Origin: the human T2T-CHM13v2.0 reference genome, Homo sapiens
Length of the DNA: 64,000 nucleotides
Strand: one strand, 5' to 3'
Assembly: GCF_009914755.1 (NCBI RefSeq)
Contig: NC_060926.1
Shown: positions 13,135 to 28,312 of the stretch, in pieces
How positions within the stretch are numbered: position 1 is the first letter of the stretch
How the letters are laid out: each line of letters starts with the position of its first letter
Notes under the pieces: model-generated
Told to the model about the DNA's origin: nothing
Seen by the model: only the letters and a program-made list of their open reading frames with translations
The model's database searches: none
Made by a program: the position numbers and the translations under genes

Positions 13135-15280
13135 ACTTTATAAATTTTTATTAACCTGTGGTGTGCATAGAGAAAAGTAAACAAATTGTAAATGTGCAGC
13201 TCGGTTAATTTCCAATAAAGTAAACACGCACCTCAGTAACCATCACCCATGTTAGGAAATACAGCATTATCAGTACCTCAGAAGTTCTCTCATACCTTCT
13301 ACTGTGCATCTCCCCAAAGGTACCCGCTCCCCAAATCTCTGACACCATAGATTAGTTGGATTTCATATAAATGTAATCACACAGTATGCTTTGTTCTGTA
13401 TCGGGTTTCTTTTACTCCCTGTTCTATTTGTGAAATTCACCATGTTGCTGTATGTAGCTCTCATTCATTAATTTTTGTTGTTGTTTAGCACCTAACTCAT
13501 GACCATATACCACACTTTATCCCTTCTGCTATTGATGCATATTTGGACTGGTTCCATTTTGAGGCTACTATAAATGACACTACCCCAAACTTTCTTTTAT
13601 GTGCCTTTTAGAGCAAATATGTACATTTTCCTCTTGAGTATGAACGCAGAAGTAAAATTACTGGGTCCTGAGGCATGCATATGTTCAGCTTTAGTATGTT
13701 CCATTGTTTTCCAAAGAATTTTAACAATTTCATTCTCACCAATAGTGACTAAGATTTCCAGTTCTCCACATCCTTATTTGCACTTGTGAATATCACTCTT
13801 ATTTTCGCCATTCTTGTGAGTACATCTTCGTATCTCATGTGGTTTCAATTTCTCCTAATAATGACATTTAGCTTCATTTTGTATGTTCATTGGCCATTTA
13901 GATACCCTCCTTTGTGGGGTGACGATTTGTCTTTTACCTATTTTTTTTATTGGATTGCTTAACTTTCACTTACTGATTTATTGGTGAGTTGTTGATCAGA
14001 TACATGTATTCCAAACTTCTTTTTCTTTTCCTTTTTTTTTTTTTTCTTGAGACAAGGTCTCATTCTGTCATGCAGGCTCACTGCAGCCTTGACCTCCCTG
14101 CTTCAAGCAATCCTCCCACCTCAGGGTCCTGAGTAGCTGGGACCGCAGTCGTGTGCCACCATGCCCAGCTAATTTGTATTATTACTCATAGAGATGAGGT
14201 CTCGCTATGTCACCTAAGCTGGAGCTTTTCCTACTCTGTAGCTTGCTTTTTCACCCTATTGGCATCTTGTGGTGAACAGAAGTTCTTCATTTTAATGTAG
14301 TCCAGTTCATCAATATTTACCTTATGGTTACAACTTTTGTGTCTTGTGTAAGATATTTTTTGACTACTAAAAGGTCATAAAGATATTCTGTTATTATATT
14401 TGTGAGGTTTTATTGTTTTTCTTATTTAGATCTATAATCTACATTGAATTGATCTGTGATTCCTTTTTGTTCTACATGAATACCCAATTTACTCAGCACC
14501 ATTTATTGAAAGGGTTACCCGTTATCCTTTAACAGAAACATCAACTTTGTCATAAGTCAAGTGACTTTATGCGTACAGTCGTTCCCTGTTATCCTCAGGG
14601 TATGCATTCCAAGACCCTCAAAGGATGTCTGAAACTGCAGGTAGTACCAAACCCTATATATACTATGTTTATTCCTATACATATGCACCTCTGATAAAGC
14701 TTAATTTATAAATTAGGGACAGTAAGAGATTAACAACAACAACCAATAATAACATAGAACAATCATAACGATATGCTGTCATAAAAGTTATGTGAATGTG
14801 GTCTCTCTCTCAGAATAGCTTATTGTACTGTATTCACCTATTTTTGGACTACAGTTGATCATGGGTAACTGAAACCACAGAAGACAAAATCATGGACTGT
14901 ACTCAGTACTCTTCCCATTAGTCTATTTGTCTATCCTCATGCCAGTGCCACTGTCATTATTTACTGCAGTTTTGTTATAAGTATTGGTATCAGATAGTGA
15001 CAGCCCCTAACTTTGTTCTTCAAAATTATCTTCACTATTCTTGTATTCTCATATAAATTTTCGAATCGGCTTTTCATTTTCTCCAATGCTGGACTTTTTC
15101 TTGGGATTAAATTGAATCTATAGATTAATTTGAGAGATCTGGTATCTTTTGTAATATTGACTATTCCAATATATGGGCATGGCACATCCCTCTATTTAGG
15201 TCTTTAGTTTATCTTATTAATGTTGTTTTCTGTATAGAGGTCTTGCCTATCATATATTAGATGTATCTCTAAGCATTTGA
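13135..15280 (-). mobile_element. Old L1 (L1M) fragments, interrupted by a partial AluJ (~14020-14223) and MER44
   Basis: CAGCACCATTTATTGAA, AAATTGAATCTATAGATTAATTTG and GAACAGAAGTTCTTCATTTTAATGTAGTC are antisense L1 ORF2/3'UTR motifs. ORF 14961-15185 (LIYRFNLIP) is an ORF2 remnant. Confidence 0.75.
14576..14899 (-). mobile_element. MER44A (TcMar-Tigger non-autonomous element)
   Basis: TA|CAGTC...ACTG|TA termini; internal AAAAGTTATGTGAATGTGGTCTCTCTCTC and GGGTAACTGAAACC. Confidence 0.85.
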
Positions 15281-15500
15281 TCTGCTAAGTGCCATTCTAA
15301 GTGCTTTACATATATTAACTACCTCATAGGGTAGTTAGCAGAAAACTAAGGAGGCACTATTATTATCCCATTTCTACAGATGAGACATAGAGAAGTTAAG
15401 TAACCTGACCAAGGTCGTGTAGCTGTTAAAAGGCTGAACTGAGATTTTAAGTTAAGCAGGCTGACTACAGAATGCATGCTTTGAATTACTGTTCTGTACT
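15280..15500 (-). mobile_element. MIR
   Basis: TATTATCCCATTTCTACAGATGAG...GTTAAGTAACCTGACCAAGGTC core. Confidence 0.8.
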
Positions 15501-15620
15501 ATGCCTCCAACATGTTCACGAATGCATTTAATTGCAAACAATGAAAATATGTTTAATATCCATCAATCAGATCTTGTTAAATAAAGTCATAGAGTGGAAT
15601 ATTATACAGGCCTTAAAATA

Positions 15621-15960
15621 TAGTTTTCCCTTGGTATAGGTGGGAGACTGGTTCCACAACTCTCCATGGTTATGAAAATCCACAGATGTTCAATTCCCTT
15701 ATATAAAATATCATAGTATTTGCATATAATCAATGCCTATCCTCCTATACATTTTAAATCATCTCTAGATTATTTACAGTTTCTAATATGTAAATTCTGT
15801 GTAAATAGTTGTTATGCTTTATCATTTAGGGAATCATGACAAGAAAAAAAGTCTGTACATGTTCAGTGCAGATACAACCATCCATTTTTCTTTCAAATAT
15901 TTTTGATCCAAGATTGGTTGAATCCAGATGCAGAACCCATGGATATGGAGGGCCAACTAT
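15621..15960 (-). mobile_element. MER2 (TcMar-Tigger MITE)
   Basis: GGTTCCA...AAAATCCACAGATG...AAATCATCTCTAGATTA...CAGAACCCATGGATATGGAGGGCCAACT. Confidence 0.8.
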
Positions 15961-16499
15961 AATATAGCTCTGTTATTCTGGAAAGGTGCCTGTGACATAT
16001 TATTAATCTTTTTAAAAAAGAAAGTTACAGAACAGCTTGTACAGTGTGGTGCCAGTGTTACAAAATTGTGAGCGTGTATGGGGTGTTAGTTATGGACAAG
16101 GGGCTCTGAAATGCATTTTTAATAGTGGGCCTGACTTGTTATTATAAAATAATAAAGCTATTTTTATTTAATGGACAGAGAGTATTCTTATTCTCCTCCT
16201 ATCTAAGTATATTTCTCAGTAAGTAATAGCTAATGAAAAATAAAAGCACAATAGCTATTGAATGACTGAACAAGTAATTTTTTGAGCTCTATTATTATTT
16301 ACATGAGGATTTCCTAGAAGAGAAGAAAGATTTTAGACTTTACTGCAATGAAAAATAGCTCTACTTTTTCCACTGGTACTTGCATTTATTATGATTTCTT
16401 TCTTCGCTCCGTGTCTTTTTTTCTTTTTTAAAAACAGAACAACGCTTAATGTAAACTTTGGCAATCAAACAAGTACATGGGTTTCAAAGAGCTTATGGC

Positions 16500-16797
16500 T
16501 TTTTTTTTTTTTTTTGAGACAGGGTTTCACTCTGTTGCCCAGGCTGGAGTGCAGTGGCACAATCTTGGCTCACTGCAACCTCCTTCTCCCAGGTTCAAGT
16601 GATTCTCCTGCCTCAGGCTCCTGAGTAGCTGGGATTACAGACATGTGCCACCACGCCTGGCTAATTTTTGTATTTTTAGTAGAGACAGGGTTTCACCATG
16701 TTGGCCAGGATGGTCTTGAACTCCTGACCTTAATTGATCTGCCCACCTCTGCCTCCCAAAGTGCTGGGATTACAGGCGTGAGCCACCACACCTGGCC
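16500..16797 (-). mobile_element. AluSx-like element
   Basis: Full dimer; TSD TTCAAAGAGCTTATG. Confidence 0.95.
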
Positions 16798-18139
16798 TTC
16801 AAAGAGCTTATGTCTTTTGTCTGTTATTGTTTAGGAATCAATTTTAAAACTCTCAAACTATTGATTTGCAAGATTTCTCTTAATCATTGCAACCCTACCT
16901 CCCAAATACAATTGAAAAAGGGAACCATGTTCTCAAAAGAATTAATATCTATCCTTCCCTTCTCTGTGGTGGCTGTTTCAAAATGAGAAATTCCACCTTA
17001 AAGAGTTCAGAATTGAGCCGGGCCAAGTAGCCTGTCAAGAGAAATAGCAGATTCCAGCCCATCACAAAAGGGCAAATGGATTGTTTATCCATCACAGCCA
17101 TAAAACTGCCTGAGAACTGGTCTGTTACCAAAATATATCCTGTTGGTGAATTGATGCACGCTGATTGGATACAGCGACTGTAGAAGAGCAAAGTAGCTGG
17201 CTTGCAGCTATGCTCTGAAAATTAGCTAAAGGTCTGGAACTTCATTTCAATTTCAAAACACTGCTAAGGTCTGTGTTTACGTATGCCTGTGGGAATGGTC
17301 CTTAAAACATGCTCACTTGGGAAAGGAAATAAACATGTCATGTATCATATGTTTAAATTCACACAGGGTTTCCAGTAAGTGCTATGATTTATTTGATTTT
17401 TTTAAAGCCCTGACACCTGCATAAAATTAATTCATGTGCATAGGCCTGTGGCATAGTTGGATTTCCACACCATAATCCTGAGCACTCACCGCATTTCTGA
17501 AAGCAAAGGGTCACCCAACCACCACAATCTTGTACCTCATTACATCTTGGATGTCACTTCCCCATTGTAATAACATTAAATGGCTTAACCTTCTGCTCTC
17601 TTGAAACATACTTAATAACAAGGATGTCACAATCTCTGTAAGTGAGATTGTCCAGCCTCATCAAAAAGAGAACATGGCCATATTTGACTTCACTGGAACA
17701 ATCTGCAAAAAACTAACATTTTAAAAATCTCCAGTAATCTCTAGTTCCTAGTATGTAGAAGGGATATAAAGTATTTCCCCAGGGAGTTTTGCTTTTGCAC
17801 AGGAGCCAGGACTCAACAGCTCAAGCAACATTTCCCAAGGTCAGTGACAAAGGGCTGGGATAGATTTACTTTCCTCTGCATGAGAGCACCCATGTCTCCA
17901 GGTCTACAAAGAATTTCCAGATTTTTCTCTTGTGCCTATTTGCGCTTATGTATTACTATATTGGAATATCACTCTAGGACTTTCAAAGATGACAAAAGCA
18001 CTAATATAATTCAGACGTTTTTATTCTTTTACACATGTTGCAAAAAAAAAAAAAAAAAAAGTACATGCCAGAAGCTCTGATGTGTCCCCTTTAGCATGAA
18101 GAGCTCACATTGGCCTCTGTGATTTAGTGAGGTGAATCC

Positions 18140-18281
18140 TCTGACCAGGAACCTCAGTGTCACCTGGGAGTTTGTCAGAAATGCGGACTCTCAGACCCCT
18201 CCCAGACCTACTGAATTAGAACCTGCATTTTAACAAACTTCCCAGGAGACCTGAATGCAATATACAGTTTGAAAAGCACTG
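18140..18281 (+). mobile_element. MER5A (hAT-Charlie) fragment
   Basis: CACCTGGGAGTTTGTCAGAAATGC...CCCAGACCTACTGAATTAGAACCTGCATTTTAACAA. A second copy lies at ~24720-24835. Confidence 0.8.
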
Positions 18282-20974
18282 AAACAGTGTAGATGCACAT
18301 CCCAGCAAATATGGTGACAATACCAATTAAATGTCAACCTGCATGGGCCTGCTTAACAATTATATAGCGTCCAACGTAACTCTTTTCTGTTCTCTTATTG
18401 CTCAGAGGCCCCTCTGCCCACCCAGATTTGAGCAAAATCGCTTGAATGTTTGACAGTGTCTTTGTGTCTTCTAGCAGATTGCCCTTCCCTAGGCTTGTCA
18501 TTCTCGCAAGCTGCTTAGCAGTTGTCAAAGATGATGTTATAACCTGCCTGGAGGCTTGTTTGATCTAATGTCACAATCCTATTGACCTGCCAAATCCTGT
18601 GATCCATTATAATTAGAACGGTTCATATTTATGTGAATTATGGGTGGGGAAATTTTGTCTGTTTCATGAAGACCTCTGTTTGGACTTGTTAGATTCTGTG
18701 AAGTCAAGACAAGCAAGTGATTATATCCTAAATCATGCTTCATATGAAATAAAGTTTAGAAATATATGGTATACTCAAATACTTTTCCAGTTAATATTGA
18801 TATTATACAAAGTATGCAAATTATACTATACTATTATACTATTATATTATCACATCGAGAAACATAATACCTGCCTTACTTACCTTTTAGCAAACCAGCA
18901 CCATTTAAAGAGAACATACAAAGGAAAGCAAAATTAAAATTATAATTGTTTTTACATGCAATATCCATATTCAGTCATCTAACATAATTTTCCTTATAAA
19001 TATTTAGTCATATAAATAAACACTGAAATAATTATCTACTTGCTAGGGTATAATTTTTAAATGGTAAAATCATAACTCCCTTCCAAATATAAAATGAATA
19101 TGTGTCAAAGATTTTATTAAATTCATTAATTAATGAAAGTACCAGTAAGATTTAATGAAGGAACTAGTAAGTATGTATAGACAATCTAATAAAGAAATAT
19201 TACATTGAGATTTCTGGGTTATATACAAAACTAGTTATGTGTCCTACAGGGTTATTACCATCCTACAGGGCAACAAACTGTAACCTTTGTAGGTTTCATT
19301 TCCACCAAATCGAAATTATTTGCATTTCAACCAGATAAAAATCTACCAGCTAACCTGTCATTTCACTAAGTCTGAGATCATTAATCAATAGTAAACAATA
19401 AGTTGAACAAAGTACTTTCCCTTTTATAATCCTGGGGTGGCCTTTGCCCCCATATGACATGGAAATCAGGTTTTACCTTCTGTCTATGTTTTGTATAATT
19501 TTTCTTAACACACTTATAGAAAACCATCTTCTGTTAAAAATGTCAATTTCAACTGCAGGTTTAAATATGCTCACTTTCCAAGTGGACATTTATTCTAAAA
19601 TTACAGAAGGTGCAAATTGACATACTTTTTTCTACCTCATGTAGTTACTCCTGAGCCTCAGTCAGTTTTCAGTCTTTTTCAAAGTCTTCTCTTTCCACAC
19701 CTAGTGATTTTTAGTTCTAGACTTGTAACAATGCTGGGATATCTAAGGTGGCTCAGAGGACGGTCATGACATGGAAAAGACATGCTTTCGGTGACAGAGT
19801 GCCCACTCAAAGACCCATTCGTATCAGGCGATTCTACTGCTTTTGCTCATACCATGTGACAGGTAAATCAGCCTCCTGCTTTTGACTGATCCCTATGGAC
19901 ATTGATGTGCTTTCAATAGGAAATTAATATTTTTGAACTTATGCATTCACTCTTCTCCCCTATACATATGCTAATTACATGTAGGTTTCTCTCCGTAATC
20001 ATTTATATTCATATTCATGAATAATGTTGCCTCCTCCTTGTGATTTGGCTGCTATTGAATCTCATCTGCATTATTCTCAGCAACTGATTTCATTTTGAGC
20101 TAGCATAGAAAAGAATAAATATTCTGAGTCTGTTAACTAGGAAACATTGACTGATCTATGACTAAAAGTTATTTTCTAGAGTAACTGCAGTGTTTTGGTT
20201 TGTTTCAGTTTGTTTTAATGTCAGTGTCTGCTTGCCTACAAAGCATTCGCAGCATCTGCAAAGAAGTGGGTCTTGGCTTTTACTCTGCTCCTGGCTTCAG
20301 CTTACTCTGTGAAGGCAGCCAAGGGCAGAGAAGTCCCTTCACATTCTCAGCAGGGGACCTGGCAGAGGGGAAGATGCCAGAATCATAGAGTTCTCAGCAT
20401 AAATAGTTTCAAGATCTGAATGCATTCTTTCCTAACAATTGACTGAATGGGTTTGTTCTCTCCCTTTCTTTCTCACTAGCGCTAACCTTGTGTTGTGTTG
20501 GCCTGTTCAATAGCATTCTTCAGGGAAGATGTTTGGAGATAGAATGGAAATTTGTCGCAGTAAACTGCATATGGGAATGTGATGTAGGGTCAGAATTAAT
20601 AAATGCTGGGAGTTTTCAGGTTTAGGGTCTGCTGTTGAGATACCCAGTGATGTTCACTAAAAAAAGGAGTGTTTCTGTTTGGCTAAGAATGAAAACACTC
20701 TATTTTATGTGTTTATATAAGCATTTACTTTTAAAATTTGTTCTGATGCTTAGGGTAGCTCTATTAGCATTCTTTTCTACACACTGGAGCTTGTCTGCCT
20801 CTATTATTGTTTCCTGTAATGAGAATATAATAAAGCTCAAGCTTTTACCTAAATATCAAGTTTTATAACTGAAAATGAAAATAGATTAAAAAATCAAAGC
20901 GATTTAGAACTTTCTGCATTTGAACGTTGGAAAATGTTAGTTTTGTGTAATGATTCCTTTTTTTTTCCAAATAA

Positions 20975-21394
<420 letters not shown>

Positions 21395-23120
21395 TGTATG
21401 CCTTTATTTTAAAAGTTACTTGGATCATGGAGGAATGGTATATTGCTTATCATATAGATTCTTAGGGATATTTCTTTTTTTGGCATGATGTGAAAATTAT
21501 AAACAATCATTTCTAGTTTAGTCTGTTTTGAAACACTTTGATTTTCACATTCTGATTTTTTTCCTCCTTGATTTCATTTTATTATAATAAAAATAACAGG
21601 TATTGACTAGAAAATTTGGAAGATCCTGGAGTATAGAGAAGATAATAGTCATCTGTAATGTCACAACACAGAGAATAAATTACTCTTAACATTTTTATTT
21701 CCTTCTGACATTTTATCCATGCTTACAAGTATATATTTATATAAAATTAGGATCATACTTTCTGTAAAGCTTGTATTCTGTTTAAAACATCTCACTTATG
21801 GTTACCTTGAAACCATAGAAAATGAGGTTGCAGAAATTTGTCTTTTCACATGGAAAATGTTCCTGCTATATTATTAAATAAGGCAGCGTGGTTTTTATCT
21901 CATTTTTGGTGTAAGCAGCATAATATGCTTGATTTATTGTTCTAGAGTCTTTCTTATTATGATGTATGTTCCATACTTTCTGCATTTTTGCTTGTTTCTG
22001 ATGTTTCTGTAATGGAGCATGTGTTACTTTTTGGACTTAAATGGCATGAGCTGAAATAACCCAACAAGAACCAAACAGGAATCATCCCTGTATGTAAACT
22101 TCATGAGCAGCCTTATTATCGTCTCTGGTTATTTTCTTAGAATCAATTCCTAGGAGTGGAATCACTGGGTCTAGGTGTTTGAATATGCTGTATATTTTGT
22201 ATACTTTGTAGTCTAGTTATACTTCTCTATGGGAAGGAGTTTTACATTTGTTCTTTGCAAAGTAAAGAATACTTATTCTCACCATTTTTGCTCTCATGTC
22301 TTTCCCTTATCATGCCTTTTGCACCATTCTCTTTACCTGTCTTCCATATATTTCTTATGTTCCCTATCAACCATCTGCACTCTTTCCTCTCTTCTCCCTA
22401 TCCCTCAAATCCACCTGTTCAGGACAGTTATCCCTATTTTTTCCCCTCTGTTACACAGTCATCTGCCCTATAGCTTGTCCTTGCTGTCCTGTAGAACCGT
22501 GAACCGTTTTCCCTCTGGCCTCACATACTGTGCCAAGCACTATGCAGCTCCAAAGAAGTAACCTCCTAACTTTGAATATGCAAAAAAATAAAAATAAAAA
22601 GAACAGATCCAGTTCAGAGACAGATATTTTGTGAGCTTTCATAGTTTCTGTGAATTTAATAGCTTAAAAAAAAACTAACATAAAAAGTTGTTTTCAAATT
22701 TTCAAGTATTTACTGTCTTTATTTTTAGAAACTGTTTGGAATAATTTTATTATAAGAAATTTAGAGACTTATATTAGAAAGCTCATTAGCTAGAGTCCAA
22801 GTATTTTCCTTACAAAAATACCTACATGTCTTTATTACAATATCACCTTTATGGCTGAAAATCTCACCGACAGCCATATTAACTAAAATTACTTTTGCCT
22901 CAAATGCTGGGGCTATGAACCAAAATAGTCTAGTCTCCTGATGCACTGAAGATGAACAGAATTCATTTATAAAAAATATTTCAACCAGATGTCTGAGAAT
23001 TTGGTTACAAATCAGCAATTACAAAGGAAGACAAAGGAAAGGAAGACAGATTTTTATTTATATATTGAAACAATGGGTACTAAGTATTATAGATAATTGG
23101 GATAAGGGAAAGGCATTCCA

Positions 23121-24168
<1,048 letters not shown>

Positions 24169-25309
24169 AGAGAAATGCATTCCAGTGTCCCAATTCCTGT
24201 AACTCAATGTCTGCTACGTGTTAGGCACTAGGCTAGGAGCTTTGTGGAATAATGCAAAGACCCTGACCTTGCTGATCAGACCCTATAATCAACTTAGAAG
24301 AAAGGCAGGCAACACACAGCAATAGCAAAAGGCAATGCAAGAAAGGGCTTTTGGAGTCACATTCAGCAAGTGCCTTCACATTCAGTTCAGGGAGAAAGCG
24401 AGAGAAAGGTTGGTTCCAACTGTGTTAATACATGAAGATATTTTGGAAAGGAAGTAGCTTTTAAATTTAGCCTTAGAAGCACCAATAAGATCTTGATGGA
24501 AGCGATTAAAGTGTGCTGTACATAAAACAAATGCAAAACTTTGACCCTAAAATTGTATTAGGCATATTTGGGAAAAGCAAATAGACGTATGTGAGTGGGG
24601 CAGAAAGTTCAAATGGGAAAGTGAGAGAAAACCTGGAAGATAGGTTAATGAAACCCATGTCATAGAAGACTTTGTAAACCTCTATGCTAGTATTTCCGAG
24701 TTTTCTATTTAGACTCACGACATCAGAATTAGACTCCTGGGCCACGCTTCTGATCAGAATCATAGGGCAGTACCCTGAATCTGCATTTTAACCATCTTCC
24801 TAGGAGATTCCAATGCACACTAAAATTTGAGAACGTTTCCCATTCAAATAACCATCAGGGCAGTGTGGCCTAGAGGTATGAGGAAGAAAGGATTCGTCCT
24901 TTTGGACGTCCCTCTGCCAGGGAAGTCTCAAAGCAGCATTCTTTAGCTCTGTGCATTCATTATACATTTAGGTAAAATGACTGTTTTTATCTTCCAGGCT
25001 TCGTTAGGGCTCAGACTTGAGTCCAGTGGAGCTGCCTGGGAGGTGATCTGAGTGGCAGAATCTTCTGTCCCCCACAAGAGAGGAGAGGCTTGTTTGCAGT
25101 GTGAAGCTCATTGCACCTGGCTCTCCTCCTCCACTCAGAATTCTTATGCCTTTAAAAACACACAAACAGAATGCCCTCAGAGCTTCAGGGGTGAGATTTT
25201 ATCACACCAACCTGTGTAGAGGACACAGTGAGGGTCCTGATCCCACTCGTGTGGAAGTTGAAAGGCAGATACTGTTTGGAAGAGGAGAGACTGAATTTTA
25301 TCTTACTTT

Positions 25310-26700
25310 TTAAAAAGAGGTACTATATTCACATGACACAAAATTCAAAAGGTACACAGGGCATCCTGTGAAAAGTCTCCTTCCTGATTGTACCCAGCCA
25401 TCCAAGTAGCACCTCTGTGTATTCAAGTTAAAGAGTATCTCTGTATCTGCCCAGCTTTTAAAAATGGAAATGGTAATATACTGTATGCACTGTTCTGCAC
25501 CTTGCTTTTTAAAATTTCTTGTCAGAGCTTCCTTGTTCTTTGTGCAGTGGCATAGTATTCCACTGCGTGGCTATATCATAGTTCAATTTCATGAGTCCTC
25601 TATAGGTGGAACTTGGGTTATTTCCACTGTGATGCTATTACAAACAATACTACAACAGATAGCTTGTAAATATGTCCTTTTAAACGTGAGCAGTTATATC
25701 TCTAAGGTCAAGTCCCAGAATGAGATTGTTGGGCTGGAGGATAAATAAATGTGTAATTTTTAAAGCTATTGACAGGCTCCTCCCCATAAATGTTATACCA
25801 TTTTGCATTCATATGATTAATGAAAAAGAGTCCCAGTTCACCCCTACAGTTTCATTAACAGAACGTTAAACCTCCGCATCTCTGTCAGCAGGGACAGGCG
25901 AGGAGTTGATTCTCTGCACGGTTTGTGTGGGAAGGTGGAGAAGGGAGCAACTATACTGGGAACCTCGCCAGGGGTCCAGAGCCTGCTTTGCAGACAGCAG
26001 CGGGCATTCAGTGGCAACAAAAGAGCCCACCAGCTTTTTAGTTTTTCTTTACGTGTCTGAAATATATTTTGAAATTTTAATTTAAAAATTAGCAGTAAAA
26101 TTGACTTTGTTTGGCATAAAGTTCCATGAATGTTAATACATGTATTGATCTGAGTGACCCCCGCCACGATAAAGAACAGTTGCATCATCCTCAAGCCTCC
26201 CTCCTCCCATCCCTTCGGAGTCACAACATCCCCCCCACCCTGAAACCCCTAGGCAACTGCTAATCAATTCTCCATCACTATGGTTTTATCTTTTCAAGAA
26301 TGTTATCTAAATAGAACCATACAGTATGTATCCCTTGGAGCTTGACTTCTTCAGTTCAGCATAATTTCCTGGAGGTTTCATCCAAGCTGTTGCATGCATC
26401 AGTAGTGTGTTGCTTTTTACTGCTGAGAAGTATCACAGTTTATTTACCCATTCACCCATTCAGGGGCATTGGGGTTGTTTCCAGTTTGGGCTGATTATTA
26501 ATAAAACTGCTATAATCATGCATGTACCATTATTTGTGGGAACATAAGTTTTAATTTCTCCCTAGCATAATTTTCATATTATAAGTAAGCTTAGGGATAT
26601 TTTCATATATTTAAAAGACATTTGTATTTCCTTTTCTGTTAGCTGCTCATTTCTTTTATCCGTTTTTTTTTTTTTTTTTTTTTGGTGGTTGTTGATTTTT
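25310..26700 (-). mobile_element. Old L1 (L1M) 3' fragments
   Basis: GCATAGTATTCCA, GGTTGTTTCCAGTTTGGG and GAATGTTATCTAAATAGAACCATACAGTATGT motifs. Confidence 0.65.
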
Positions 26701-27664
26701 ATTTTAGAAAGATTGGTTTAAGGGAGCTGACAGGACATCCAGATGGAAATGTTTAGCATTCAATCAAAAAATGCAGGCCTCAATTTTGAGAGAGAGGCTC
26801 AAAGATGTGGATTTGAGAGGCACACTGATAGGGAATGGAGAGTTGAAGCCAGGGAGCGATGTAAACTCGAGAGAAACACACAAGGCTCAAAGACAGAATC
26901 TGCAAATGCCCATGTTTAGGATGCAGAAAGAGGAGGATGTAAAGGAAGAAACCAAGAGACTTCTTAGAGGTCACAGAAGAACCAGGCTATTTCAGGGTAA
27001 CATTAATAAAAGCTGAATTTTAAAGGTCTGATAAGTAAAGGGTTTAAATCCCAGAGCACAATGTCAAGAGAAAGAGAGAACATCTTTCTCCAAGAATTCC
27101 AAATAACAGTCCTGCAGTTCATTCTGATTGTTGTAGCAAGGTCACATGATTACCCCTGCGCTATTCACTATGAAAGGAATTCAGTGCGTTGATTGGCCTA
27201 CCTAGGTCATGTGCTTCAACTCCATAATTTCCCAGAACCTCATGGATCCCCAAGGGGAAATATGGGGCTGTTGGAAGACTTAGATGCTGAAGAAACAGCC
27301 AATGAATGTCCAGTGAGTGGCCTTTGAGAGTGGCGTATCATCTGAGTGCAGGAGCTTAGAAGCAGCTGCACATTAAGTTGAGAGACTGGAGGCAACATGT
27401 GTAGAAAACCCAAAGAGTTTGGCTCAATTTTGGTAACCAAGAAGCCTATATGAAGGATTTTTCTCCCCAAAATTAAGGCAATATCAGTGCATATTCATAC
27501 ACCCAAGAAAAGAAACCACAGGGAGGGAGGCTGCAGAGATGGTGAAGCGTGAGGGGATGGTGGAGGGGAACTGAAGTGCGTACTGGTAAAGCCCTGGAGC
27601 CAGGTGCAGGCGGTCAGGACACTCAACTCTTCCTCTGAAAGGCAGTCTCCCCCCAACCCCGGCT

Positions 27665-28312
27665 CCGTCCACTCTCACTCCCCCCCATCCACTCTCACTT
27701 CCCCCACACCCTCATTCCTCCCCTGACCACCCTCACTCCTCCCTCCCTCACTCCTTGCCTACCACCCTCACTCCTCCCCCATCCACCCTCACTCCTTGCC
27801 CATCCACTCTCACTCCTCCCCCATCCCCCCTCACTCCTCCCCATCCCCCTCACTCCTCCCCCACCCACCCTCACTCCTCCCCCTCCACCTTCACTCTTCC
27901 CCCCACTCCTCCCCCATCCACCCTCACTCCTCCCCCATCCACCCTCACTCCTCCCCATCCACCCTCACTCCTCCCCACCCACCCTCACTCCTCCCCCTCC
28001 ACCTTCACTCTTCCCCCCACTCCTCCCCCATCCACCCTCACTCCTTCCCCATCCACCCTCACTCCTCCCCATCCACCCTCACTCCTCCCCATCCACCCTT
28101 AGTCCTCCCCATCCACCCTCACTCCTCCCCATCCACCCTCACTCCTCCCCATCCACCCTCACTCCTCCCCATCCACCCTCACTCCTTCCCCATCCACCCT
28201 TAGTCCTCCCCATCCACCCTCACTCCTCCCCATCCACTCTTACTCCTTCCCTATCCACCCTTAGTCCTCCCCCATCCACCCTGACTTCTCCCTGCCCCCA
28301 TCCACCCTCCCC
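27665..28312. repeat. C-rich minisatellite (VNTR), 20-21 bp unit CCCCATCCACCCTCACTCCT, about 30 degenerate copies
   Basis: Directly visible tandem array; it produces the Pro/His-rich and Gly-rich ORFs in the track. Confidence 0.95.

Noticed and set aside
19122-19137. Perfect palindrome TTCATTAATTAATGAA
   Set aside because: Short AT-rich palindrome in AT-rich, probably repeat-derived DNA; no supporting evidence.
27695-28203. Pro/His/Thr-rich and Gly-rich ORFs of 87-135 aa
   Set aside because: Translation artefacts of the stop-poor VNTR; no exon context.
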